Part shown: positions 23,601 to 37,400 of the stretch, piece after piece
Layout: each line of letters starts with the position of its first letter
Numbering within the stretch: position 1 is the first letter of the stretch
Assembly (NCBI GenBank): GCA_963920595.1
Contig: OY986948.1
Coordinates: 2,170,001 to 2,234,000 of the forward strand
Length of the DNA: 64,000 nt
DNA from: Eimeria praecox
Taxonomy: Eukaryota
Direction of reading: 5' to 3'
Notes under the pieces: model-generated
Database searches by the model: none
Told to the model about the DNA's origin: nothing
Seen by the model: only the letters and a program-made list of their open reading frames with translations
Made by a program: the position numbers and the translations under genes

Positions 23601-26600
23601 TGGCTTAGTACAGCGGCACGCAAGCTCCCTTGACCGGCTCCCTTATGCAGATTCGCATGTTAGAGGTATCTGCAGAGACGAAAACAGCCAAAAGCTCTGT
23701 GGGACTGTCTGAACAACTTAGCATTCCAAGACTCACAAGCTGCGATAATCCTGCTCCTTTATCAAATGCGCTTTCTTGCCAGGAAGAGAACTAGTAAATA
23801 TAGGCAGCAAGCAACCCAGAGAAGCGTTACTGCCGGATATATTAAAAGCGCATTATCTTGTTATAGAGATGCGTAACCTTGCTAGAATTAAAGCTCGGTC
23901 TGGAACAGGAAAACGTAGAACTCACCCACTGCAAGTCAGCGCAAGGTGAGATTTTAGCCCTTCTGGGAAGGAACGCTTCTCCTCCCTGTACCATTTAATC
24001 AAACATATCGCGGAAAATATCCCCATACATACCCTTAGTACATCCACAGCTCGTTCAGCAGGGTTGCATTGCTAGTTATGCCGAGCAACTAACGATCTGT
24101 GGGGATCGGAACGTCTTCATAGCTGTTGTGACGTTTCTCCAGAGTTTGCCATTTATGGGGGGCGGCAAACTCGCAAAGGGAAGCCTTTCTGGCGGTAAGA
24201 ACTAGCGAGAGACAATCTTTGAGGTGGCGGAAAGAGGGTGCCGCGCTGCTGCTGCAACGTTCATGGGAAGGATCTACGCTAATTCCACAGATTACCTACC
24301 GTGATGCAACACGCCTTCCCCGTTATTGTCACTCGCTGTTTCCCTTGTGCAGATATTGTGGATGCTTGAAATATCTACAACAAACCACCGGTTTCGAGCA
24401 CCCCGCTTACTAGCTGCATTCTCGACAAATCGCATTACCAGTGCCTCAAACTCACAAACGCTCTGCAACTTTACTAGAGCTAGAAAGCCTGGCAGCATCT
24501 GTCCAACGCAATACCAGCAAGCTCCCCATCGCAATCAGACTGAGGTGTCTAACGCATTCGTTACCCCAATCTGTAATGGATAACTCCCAGTGAGCCAACA
24601 GTGCAGGCTTGCCAAAGCATCCGTGTTATCTCCCTCCTTTTCTACTCACCTCGCGACTAACAAAGAGGTGCATAGAGCCCGCCTGTTGGAAGTGACCACT
24701 TCGTAAGAACTCGACGCTGCATCCAGACGCACATACTGGTGTTAAAGCCACTTCCCCACTGCCGACATCACTAACGAGGGGCCCAGCAGCACAGAAGCAC
24801 AACAGCCCAGCATGTGAGGCCTCCCTTTGCAGCATATGCCGTCATATCTTGCTCCCTGGCATTCCGGCCGCAAAGCATGATATCATCATGTGGTGCCCAA
24901 TCACTTACTCCCTGAAAAATACAAATCCCATATTGCCACAGCGATCATGCGCAGCAGGGAGCAGGTAAGAATGCACGCACCGTATCGGTAAGACAAGCGC
25001 AAGGCCATACATGGAAAACCATCATCGAGTACGTTTGCACTGGAACCAAGATGGCATTTTAACTTAGTATGACTCGTTCCAATATTTGCTCCTCCTCACG
25101 CACAAACTGCGATTCCAGTTTCATGCACACCACTGCGAACTGCGTCAGCTAGGCAACAGCAGGGTCAGCAACCAAAGGGGAGAAACGTTCCCAGCCGTGG
25201 CATTGAGCGCAGAATGGCAAAAGCATGAATATACGGTGACTAACACGCGCTAACACTACTACACCCTTGGAACCCAATTGGCAAAAACACCTAGCAACCT
25301 GTCATCCTGCCCACTTTCTGGATGTGCCATGGCCGAGACCTAAGGATGGGCGAAAAATATGAGATTGCATCCACACACTATCGGTGAAGCCGCATTTCAG
25401 CCCCTGTTGGAGGTGTCTGTGTGACGCTGCGGCAGAACCCATTCACAAATACCCTAGTACTATACATATAGTATGAGACTACTTGTTAATGGCGATAAAG
25501 ACCAACACTGCTCAATATCGTTTGCTCCGGAAATCTGCGATATGTGGCCTACTGCCTTTATACGTTGATGAGCAGGTAAGTCACAAGAGTCGCACGCTGC
25601 GACGCTCTGGCAGTCTTAGAAATCCCTGCACAAATCTGCAGGGGGCACTTCGGATACCTGCGTTAGTAACCTTCACGAGGCTGGACTTTAGCGCACTGTT
25701 CGCATATTGCTATGGCTAGGCGTGAGGGCAACGCACATTCTAAACCAACCAAAGGCAAATTCAACAGGCAAATTCAACAGGAACTAAGGCTTTAGGCGCG
25801 CGGCAGTATCACATGGTGAAGCTGAATCCCTTCCCTACCTAGCCAATATTTGTCAATCACAAGCACTTAAGCAGCACTAAATCTCGAGTACTAATATCGA
25901 TGCCGGCCGCCATCAGGACGGAGCAGCCGCAACGGTATCATCCCCGTGAAGCGGGTCATTCAAGCTCACAACAGGAAAGCTCGGGAGTAAGACGAGGAGC
26001 ACCTTCGAACAACCGGCCTCTCTCCAACCGTGGCATTCTGGACCAACAGTCCTCTCCATCAAAGGACCCGACCAAAACCAAAAACTCCTGTAATATGTGT
26101 TTCTTATTCCCTCCACGCACAGGCTGTAGCAGCGAAAAATTCGAGAGCTTGTACCGTCAGTATACAAATCCACACAGGCAACTTGGCTGCGCAGTTCTTT
26201 TCCCTCGTCGCCAAAGAGCACAGCTAATAAAAGACAAGCCTGATATCGACTAATCCTGGTGACACACATCCTGTGAGAGCGAAATGATCCCTGGAATTAT
26301 TCCTTATAACCCCCTCACATAGCGCATGCAATCACTGTGCATCCCTGTGCATCCCACGAAGATTCTGATGAGGCCTCCTTGCATCAGGCAGCGGTACCGT
26401 CTCCTGCTGAAACATCTCAACGGCACCTCAGCCAAAGTAAATGACAAGCAAAGTGCTCGTGAAAATACCAGGGAGCAAGAAGGCCTGCCCATGAACATAC
26501 GCAAACTTGAATTGCAAAAATAAATTCTATTGACGCCATACTATGGACCTAGATAGGCACAATTAGGGCTGGCAATACCTAGGCATGCACTACCAGCCAC

Positions 26601-29600
26601 TAGGAGCAGAAGCGCATTCTGGATTAAACCAAAGGCAGCAGGGTGCATTATGTTTTCCCTAAGAGACCTCTAACCAACACAAGCGGCGTCCAGTGAATTG
26701 GCCCCCCTCTGCAATGCGTGCGCAGCTCCCCCTTTCTACTTGATTAGCAGCCGCTATGGAAGTTTGCAGTCACCTCACACCTCACCACGTCACAAGCAAG
26801 AGGCTCCATACACAGAACTCACCTCCTGAACGACTCCCAGCTAGCCCCAAGACTTACCTGGCGCGTTAAAAAAGCCACAGCCCACACCCGCCACACCCCT
26901 GAAGTCCAACTCCCGCATCTATACGCTAGTGCGAAGGTAACCATCTATGGCGCTAGAACGTACAACCTGCATATGAAGGGATGAAGCATTCCGGTTGCAT
27001 GGGGCTAAATGCCGCTCCCGTGAAGCACCCGTTGACAGGATATGAATCTTAAACTGCGCTCACGTGCTGTTGTCACACCAGTTCACGAATAAGGCCTGGA
27101 ATTGAGCTATATGAACGTACTGGTAGGTGCTTTGTTTCATGCAGCATGGGATAACGACAATTCTGATTCAAAAGTTGCAAACTACAGGAATAGGAAATGT
27201 GGATGATGTGATTCCCTATGGAGTCGTGTCAGCAGGATATCTTCAGATACAGCCGACAGGGTGATTCCACAATGTCAGGGGCTACGCACAATCTGCCATG
27301 TCAGCAGACTAGCTCTACATGCGTTGGGGCTTCTCAAATTTCGAGCAGCTGCAGTTACACCATGCCCCCAATCCCCATCCCTGTAGATGCAACGTCTGAA
27401 CTGGAATTGCCGTTATCCCCGAAACGCTTAACACATGCAGCACGAAACAAAAAAGCTATGCTGCTATCACTTCGCCAACCTCTGTAACCGGTTGAAGAGC
27501 TTGACGAACGTCCTGTAGAAAATTCAAAATATGCTGTATGGCTTATCACTGAAAGACTAGCAAGCCTATTCGCCTGTGCTAGTGCTGTACTCCTCTAGAT
27601 GCTTGCTCGCTATCTACCGTCGACTCACTTTCTGCATCATTACTTTTTCACTCGTCCTCTAGTCAGGTGAATAACTCCCAAAAAAACGGGCGGAGCTGCC
27701 AACTCACACAGCACCTGCATCCCAAGGATAGTCTTCCCTTGGTGCTGCCATATAAGGCCTGGTGCGTATTTGCAGAACAAATGCAACAAGCGCGAGAGGC
27801 TTACAGCCTGAAAAATAGGCGTTTGCTTCGCCGGGAATGTTCGCCGTGAACAACCGCGCAGATCCACTGACAGTGCGTAAGCGATGCCTTCTGCAACGTA
27901 AAGCGATGCGCTTCCACGCTTTCCAAAGGAACTGCTGTGCACCGCACCAGCTACATTTCAGGGGGTACACCGAGACCAATCCTCAAACGCAAGCAATGAA
28001 TGCGTGTTTGGATTTTTCTAAGGAATTCCTCGTTGTGGCCAGCATCCTAAGCAATCTTCTACTACCTAATCCGGCGAACCTCTGTCGTTCTGCAAAGGCC
28101 GGCAACTCTGCTGTTCAGCTTGACTGTCCGAACCACGCACCACCTGCAAAAGCAACGATCAATTTTAAGCAATTAGGCCCTGCCCACGTTCGACTTACAT
28201 CAGCACGCTAGAGAAGTCTGAAGTACTAGGTGAGTACCACAGCATGCATGCATCGCGCTGCACCGCTCCTTCGGAAGCTGGGATAGCTCCTTTTCTCACT
28301 CCCTGAGCATTCAGTATAGCCCTACTAGTCGCCGACTGTTCAAATCTGGCCGCAACGGTCATGCGGCGTGTTGCAGGCGATATGCTAGTGTAGCCTTCAA
28401 AAAAATGGATGCGAACCAACCAGCGGCTATCTAAATGGGTCAGGCACGGCGGGCGCACTCCCTTGACATTCAAGTGGAACCCCCATTCTCCTTCCAAGCA
28501 TCCTTAACGTCTACAACCCTACGAGCTGAAACGGAGCTCCGCACTCTATTGAAAAGAGCTGAACGGTCCACTCCTGCTCTATGCGATATAAGCACAAGCG
28601 CCTGGGTTGATATTTTACCCTTCTCTAAGGCTAAAGTGTTCTTCCTCTTTGCGCAGCTTCTGCACTGTTCACCAGCAATGCGTTACCCAAAACTGCTATC
28701 CTCGCTAATACACAAAACCGAGCGGCTTCTCACCACTGCTGCACCTACAAAGCAGGAAACTTAGATTTGATCGCTTGTGCAGCTTCGTGAAATTCCTTCC
28801 AGTCTACCTATGGACCCCAAGAAGCCACCATCGCATAACAAAGCACTAACTACCACGTTTAGCCCTAGTTATCTCTATCACGACAGATTGATTCTTGCGC
28901 TTAAAAGTAGTAGCTGTAGGCAAATTCAACACACTGCCTGCAGATTCGAAAGAGTCCGCACCGAATCTAGAAACCGTTAAAAATGACACCTGGCTACCGG
29001 CTAAAAGCACGAAAGCCTAGGACGATTGGACCCTTATAAGTAGGTGTACGAACTCTAGTTGTACTCTTGTGAAACTCTAGAAGATTGGATGCTTAGAACT
29101 AGGTGCACGAACTCTAGTTGTACTCTGTCGAACCCGACAATGGCACAACGTGATAGGTAAATGGTGTTTTCGACGAGCTCTCTTGCTGTTCCCTAGCAAT
29201 TCTTGAGTCTTTTACGCACTGCCTGCAAATCGCGTATATTTGCTTTCCTGCCTTCAACTATAGGCAGCCGTTGGTGCTCCGGGAGGGGATGTGGTCCGAG
29301 TCTGCCCGCTGAAGCTAATCAGCTGGCACTAACGTCAAAATATCCTCGCTTCACACACAAGCAGCAAAAGCGAGATTGAATAGGGACGTTCTAGCATATT
29401 CTAACTACGTAAGACACTACGCCCCCTTTGCTCAGCTGCACATACTGCCTGGAGACTCAGCCGGCTTCAGCAGCCATCCCCTCCTTTGAATGTCGGCTGA
29501 AAGCATGCTGCACCTGATGTTGTAATGCTGTCCAAATGCAGAGCAAAGGCACAACCTAGTGTGCGCATCTTTCTAAATTCACTCGTTCAAACATATCAGA

Positions 29601-32600
29601 GCAGGAGAGGTATGATGATTTCCGCATAATTCTTATGCCACGGCCTAGTTACAATATCTGCTCTGCCTACAAAGTACCAATCGTAGCCCGACGCACAGCC
29701 TAAAGGATGCACAGCTCTTACTGAAAGCTGCACGTGTGGCTAACCCACGCGCAGATTTGGGCTCGTTTGAGATGAACGAACCCAATATGCTCGTTGAATA
29801 GCAACAAAAACGAAACAGCACTTCACAGAAGAAATGTTTGACGCAACCCACTGCCTGCCGATTTTTGCACAGCGCTGTTCTGCTAACTGCGAATATCCAT
29901 CTTGCAAAATGCTCCCTCAGCCCGCGTTAGTGGCTGGCAAAATAATCCCGTGCCGGTTCAGCCAACAAAGAAAGGCATTCACCCGCTATAGCATAGGCTC
30001 TGCAAAATGCTGCTCAAGCACACTACTGCCCAGTGGCGCAAGACACTCACTGCCTGGTTGTTGGATGTCATGCAGACAACCCTTTCTCCGAAAGGTATAG
30101 ACCCGAAAACGCATGCATTTTTTGGACGAGCTTGGTGGCCGTACGCAAATCATGGAAGCGAAAGGTCTTCCTGGCGGTGCAAGGCACTTACTGCCTTAAG
30201 ATTAAGTGGGCATGGCTAGCAAAGAGTACGGGTAGCCTGCGCCTTACCAACGCTCAACGCTTGTGTGCAGATCGTAGGAGTGCCGAGACCCCTCCCGATA
30301 GCACTGAGCATTCCTGTATAGCCATTAGCTCCATCCATCTCAAAGGACTGGCTCATGCATTGTCCATCAATTCCAAATAACTACACAAAATCCACTGCGA
30401 TGAACGCGAGCATGGTGCAGGAAATCCTCAAACACGCAAAACGCACCTTCCATGTCTACCGTCCTGCGCGGTAGCAGCGTTAATGCATAAATCAAGCCTG
30501 ATTTCCTTTTTGCCTAAGGGGACCCGAACCCAGGCCTTCCAACCGACGTACAAGCTGTAATGAAGGCAACAATTTGTCCCTACATCTTTACTGCTCACAA
30601 TTAAAGCCCCGCAGGATTCGTTCAACTAAAACTAGGAACTGTTTTGTTAGAACTACACACTAACCAACCACAAGCAGACAGCAATCCTAATGCTGAGCCT
30701 GGTGGACGTAGCACACTCCCTTCCCAGCGGATTTTCAGATAGCACAATTACCACTAGCTAGGGAAAATGGAATGGGCAGGGCGCGTTGCACCCACATCAC
30801 CAGATGCTGCGGACAACTGGACAAACCAATGAAATATTCTACGTAAATGACCCTATCACCCTATCCTAATTCTCTGCCTCTATGGCCTCCCGCGCACAGC
30901 CTTTTGCCCCAGGATGCACATGATTGCGCCTAGCCTTAAATCAACAGCGGCAGTGAGGAAGACCCTGGGGGATTAGGAGCCACTTTCTAGGGGAAGCCTC
31001 TATGTATTGCTGCGCTCTAATCTACCAGCATACTTCCTGCGGTTTCCCAAACATCCTCCACAAGAGGCAAACGTCGCAAAAATGGTTCAAAACTTTACCA
31101 TAATATTACTAGTCTGCAAGTCTTGTTATTGCCCCTATGAATTTCTTGTGGATGCAGTGCATACTCCCTGTATATTCGGCAAAGCATCCAGCGTAGGTTT
31201 GTGGAGAGCAAAGCCCATCGGAAGCCTGCTATAACGGCCGTGTAACCACCGGGCAGCATAGCTTTAGTAATACCTCCAGGAAAATGACGCGGCCTCTGCA
31301 TATGATGCAGTCAACTGCCCTTTATTTGCGGGAACTACTCCCAGTGACATACTCCCTTAGCCAAAAATGTACTTTTTGTGCCTGTCGAGGGTAATACTCT
31401 GCGTGAAATTCACTTGCCCGCACTACTGTATGGTAATACAAAAAGTGGCTCGTTTAGTGATGCACTTCTTAAACGCCCAGGAAGCTACTCCCTGGACGTA
31501 ATTTTTTAGCCCTACACGCGTACTCCCTGGACGCCGAATATGCGAGGATATTTCGACTTCTCCCTATTGCAGCAAGGTACACTGCTTATACTGGCTCGCC
31601 GTTTTATCCCCTGGGCACGAACAACAAAATCCAGAATGCCAGAATGCCCCCGTCATATTCGAGGCAGCATGCAAGTTCAACTGCCTCATCACAACATCAA
31701 ATTAGCATGCTTGGCATGTTGGGAAGTGCCCAGAAGAACGAAATCCTTCAGTTTAGTCGCCGTACTGTATCACTCACTGCCTGCAACAACGGCGTAAGCT
31801 GTCCAAGGGACAGGACATCTTCTGTTCCCGCCCCAAAAAATCAATGGGGGTGCCAGTGCAATGCAAAAGCAGCCATAGTCGTTTGCAACAAACAGTATGA
31901 CGTTACAGGTTACGGGCGTGCTGCGCCTTCGTCAAACGACAGACAAAAGCACCACTAACCTCAGCTAACCTCCGCAGTAAACCCATGAAAAGACGGCCTT
32001 CCATTAACAGCAGGAAGCCAGCACGTTATCGTGATTTGTACGTCTCCCATACGGCTTCCTGCTATAGACGCCTACTTTGCATGCGGGAAAAATACAGAAT
32101 ATGCTCACAACAAGCCTGCATCACGCCCTCTCGCCCTTTTTCTACTACCTGCCTCATCCAAATCAAACTCACTTTCTGGGGGAGGAATACAATTAGGGGA
32201 ACACGATCTGCAGATGCACCACGACGCAACTTTGCAAACGACAGCCTACCGAGTGTAGATAATATTGGGGCGTCTATTTACTGGGCAATTTCGGCGAGGT
32301 AGCACACTGTGCTAGCCCGCAAATACACCGAACGAATCGGCCCTAAACAAATGGCCACTACCTTGGGCAAAACTGCTGGTGCTCGTGCACCAACAACAGG
32401 GGCCAACTACGCTCACCCAAAAACGCTCGCGTTGGATGCCGCACAACACGAACTCCTTCAAACTTACATTCTGTAGTGTCAAAATGGAATATGAGACGGG
32501 AGCAGCCCAACAGTGTTCCTGCACGCAGTCCCCTAACGCGGAGCTCCTTCTGGGCTCAATAATTTTGGCAATAGTTCGCTTGCATGTGTCTGCGGTGCGC

Positions 32601-34378
32601 TTATACGACCGGCGAACTGCATTGCTTCCACACACGAATTTCAAGTGTATGAGGTTTCCCCAGTGATCTCCAAGAGTCAACTGCACAAAATTTTGACCGC
32701 ATTATTTTCAACAAAGACATATTCAGATTGTATTCACCACTTCGTCGGTCACATTTCACCCCCTGTTTAATGTCTTTAACAAAAGACGCACGTACTGTAT
32801 GCATACCCAGCGTGCGGGGTTTAATAAAATCCACCACCAGCAGAATGCATTCAAACCCCTATTGGTGTGCCGAACTAAACTGCTAGCATGCGAAAAAAAC
32901 ACTCCTGTGCTCAGAGTACCATTCACAGCGCTCCCTGAAATAAGGGCCAGGCAACTTATCATGTCTATTCTGCTTCACGTGACGCACTGCCTGTAATTAG
33001 ACAGCTTGTAGACAAAACTGAACATTAGGATGTCAGGAGGATATCGTGCACTGCCAAGCTCCCTCCCAAAGGTTTGTATTCACGCTACTTGACGTGCTAA
33101 CCTCTTTACGCAACAGTGATGTCACACATAACAGTTCTCCTAAGCTTCCCATGATCGATCTGGCTCACATCCTTCATGTTCAGCATGCCGCTTGAATGCA
33201 AATGGAGCATGCACTTAGAACTGTAGAAAGCTTCATACCTGTCTACAGCCCACTAGGGGTATGCCTACGACAAAACCTAAACGATTGGTTTGAAATGCAT
33301 ATCTAGCAGATGTAATTCGCATAGTACGCCACTGAGAGTGTAATGTGCCCATGCATTTGCCACTGATTAAAATAAAATGGCGTACATCCTGTTTTACCCC
33401 ACAGCGCGAAACGCCAAACGTTGCTGCCCCTGGCAGAAAGGCCATATATGCAGGCGAAAAGGCACACCAACAGCAGCCGTGGTCTTCAACCCGAAATTTT
33501 CAGGGACTGCTGCAGCTCTGCGGCGCCAGCCAAACATGCCCTCAGCATCCTGGCGCCCTCCACTACCTCAAGTGCCCCGCGCATGCCATACATCCCATAG
33601 CAGTCAACGCAGAGGCTCTGATTTTGTGAGCTGCTACTAATTGAGCATCACCTAGTAGCTGTTTCTACCTTAGCCATCTCGAAATATCCATCTCGAGATG
33701 GTTGTTCCTTCCCTGTAGGATTGCTGAAGTAGTGCTATGCACGCACTGCCTGAAGGTAATGCAGCAAGCAGGCGCATTTGCGAATATCCTCGAACATCCC
33801 TTCGAAACACCGGTACAATACTTCAGTAATTCCAAGCTTTTCACACCGTGCCAGGTCAAGTGTAGTGCCCGAGTACCTGCCCATGTCGAGTATGATGACG
33901 GTTGGAACTCACCGCCTGCACGGTATATCCCTAGTAGCGCGACACTCACCACTGTAGTAAAGACACCCCTGTGATCCAATCAATGAAGTGTGAAGGCAGC
34001 ATGGCATCAACCACCACGATGCGCACTTGCTGAATGCCGAGAAACGCCACCCTGTCACAAAGGCAAGCTCTCAAAGTAAAACTAGGCTTTGTCACCGCCG
34101 CAAGGCATTCACCCCTGCGTTGGATGCACACGACTTGCATAATTCTTGCAAATCTATCCGGATGGATGATGGCGCCTGCGATGCTGTACCTGCGCAGTCT
34201 GCCCACACTGCCCCTAAAGCCAGTCACACCTAAATGCTTTACAGGGTGGAAGGGACGGACTTGCTGCAAGTATCATTAGACCCTACGATCCGTGGTGTCA
34301 ATATAATGCTTGCAAGTCCAGAGGCCACACTGTCCCGAAGCTACCCTAATGAAGAAAGATGAGTAAACCTGAACACTG

Positions 34379-34429
<51 letters not shown>

Positions 34430-37400
34430 CACTGTAGTCGCTGCGATTTCTTTACTATGCCCCATTTCGTGTTCTTCCCTGCTAGTATGCTCCCGGTCTA
34501 CGGCACGTACACACTAAAGATTGCAAGTGCATCGTTTTTGTAGATATATTGTGTACACATATAGGTTACTGGTCTAAGGAGCTACTGCCCCCGACCCGGG
34601 CAAAGCAATGGCAGGCACATCGGTACACGACAGCTCAGATGATACAACCCCACCTGGTATCCTCATTTAGAAGCCGAGTGATCCATCGGTAATAAGCAAC
34701 GCACACACCGCGTTGCAGCCCCACAGGTCGCTCATCCTGCTACAGAAAAAACGCTCTACACCTAGACCATTCATATCAGTCGATACAATAGGCCAGCTGC
34801 CCATTACGGCCCAGTTGCAACTGGGTCATAATTGCAGCTGGCCTATTGTGTCTATCACGGCCTGAACGCCACTTACTTTCTGCACGTGGAATCCCTCGCT
34901 CTCAGGCAGTTCCCTTCTTGTGTCAGTTCCCACCCGTGTCAACCCGCAATTCTGACGTTTCCTGAGCGAGCTTTTATCGCCTGCAACGAGTAGTTTCAAA
35001 CGGCATGCAGCACGCACATCCTGCAAATTCAGAAGGCCCGGTCGAAACCAACACTGGCTGTCTATTGCTCAACTATTTATCCAGCGATGCATGGCAGGTT
35101 GCAAACCCCACAAACGTGCAAGGGAATGTCTCCGCACCACCTTTGATCCAATCGCTCCCTGAGAACTAATGACATGGTGAGATCTGATATGCTTTGCGAA
35201 GAGACGGCGTGACCTCGTTTTTCAAGAACCAACCGCGAAGTACAAATATCAAAAAAATTCCTCTGCAGCAAAACGCTTACATACTGTACCATAAAAGAAT
35301 GCAAACACCGCCTTCTTTGCAGACGAACAAGATCTAGTTGCCATGAGTTCCTAATAATGGTGTGCAGAGCTGTTTCGCGGGCCCCATGCAGTGGGCGCAA
35401 ATACCGAGTGTTCGTGAACCTCAGGATTCATCCACATCTTGTTGGTCGGGAAAAGCCGAATTTACATCACCTGTGGGAGCGTACAGGCTGTAATTTGAGG
35501 ACATGGTGACGTCACCGCGCACGCTAACTCAGTTCATGCCAAGACAACAGTGCTCATGCGAGTAGCGCAGCTTCCATCCTGTCAGGGCTTGGCTTCACAA
35601 TCGCGCAAGTTGGGTGGTGCCTGCATGCCCTCATCAATGTTCCGATGATGCAACATGATTCTTCTCGGCTGAAACGAGATCCTTGCATGATCCACGATGC
35701 CGGCCCGCTCTCTGCAACTAGATTGTTCCACTGTGTATAGACACAGACAAGCAAGCTCCGCCTCATGACGTCAGACGAGCGCGGCTGGCCAGCCATGTTC
35801 GTACACTACAAGGAACCCACTCCCTGTTGCAAGCCATATTTCACAAGGCAAAAATAACTGTCAAGCTAGGTGCATAACTGCCCCCGCAGAGTGCCTTTGT
35901 CTACAGCCGGTGGAGTACATCTGCGAAGTACTGGTCATCCCCCTCCAAAGAAACGCACTCTCTACCGATTCAGGAATCAGCCCTACCCGAACCTTACAAA
36001 AGTTAGAAGGCAGCCGTTCTGTAAAGGCGGTACCATTGCCAACGCTTTTTACTCCGTGAGACGTTCGCACAACTGACAGCCGCTAGCAGTCAGTCGCCTT
36101 TCTGTATGTCCTTCACTAAGCCTGCTGTTCTCGTATGCAACGTACCAGCTGTGCCGCCGATACAGCTCCCTGATGCTCACCCTGCTCAGTCGACCACGTT
36201 GAAAGCATCTCTATGTTGCACCTTTCTACCAAGTAGCCACAAATACGACAAACAAGCGCATAAGCTGGGCAAACCTTGCCCAAGATTGAATGCTAATAAA
36301 CAATGGGTAAAATGCAATACTCCTGAGCTCACCAACTGCGTATGCGCACAATCCAGGGCATTGCTTGATGGGAGTATTTGGCTCATGCTGCAAATAGACT
36401 TTCGCACTGCCTACAGGGTTCACAAGGTAGGAATAAGCAATATATGCAGCATTGTCAGTTGGCTTTCACAGTGTATGATTTAAAAAGCAGCGCAGCGCAC
36501 GACCTGTCAGCCAAGCATACCCCCGATGGGCCGAGGATACTGCCAAACACGAAACAAATCAAATAAAGAGGTGCTCGACCCTTCCCCCGTCCAGGTACGA
36601 GGTGGGCATTTCCTGATTTTAACGGAGAGTCGCAAATACGTCACCATCCACTCTCGAATTGCTGAATCTCATGTATGCTTCCAGTGGCAATTCTTCAGCG
36701 GCTGCACTGATTTCCAGCAAACACGCCATGCAAACGGCTTCCAATGGGGCGGTATACTGCTTGCTTGTGACGTGCATGCCTATACGAATAAATGTAGAGG
36801 CGCACATTCTGCAAACTCGAGGAACACGAGCCCATTCCTCGGAAGAGTACAAAAGTGGCTGTTGTTAAGCAAAAAGAACACTGATCGTATAGAGCAAGCC
36901 CTTGCCCTCAAGAACCCCTGTGGCAGCGCTCGGTTGTTCAGCGAAAGTCGATTCAGCAACGGAATTTCATTAAAAAATGATCCCTCCAAATTATTCAGTT
37001 CGGCTATGCATCACAACAAATGATGGCCATGATCTCGCCTTGACCCTGCGCGGTGGCTAGTTCCTGGTTAACACCTAAAGAGCTACACCCGCAATGGTTA
37101 AGTACACATGTGCCTCCATACTACCGCTAGTTTTGCGCATTTATTGAGACCCACTCCCTGCAGGCGCGTAAATTCTTCTCACTAGAATTATCGAACAACA
37201 GTATTAATGCACTCTTGCTCCTACCTTTTCACCAATGCAATGCCAAGCACATGGAGATTCAGGTTTTGGCAGAATGGGGTGATTCTGCCTCCCACGCCAT
37301 TCATCTGCTCATCTCGCCTTAATTTTGAAATGCGCGCCAAAAATGATTTTTGCGGAACAGCATGCCTACTGGCTGCCCCAAGCATGCATATTCCAACAGC

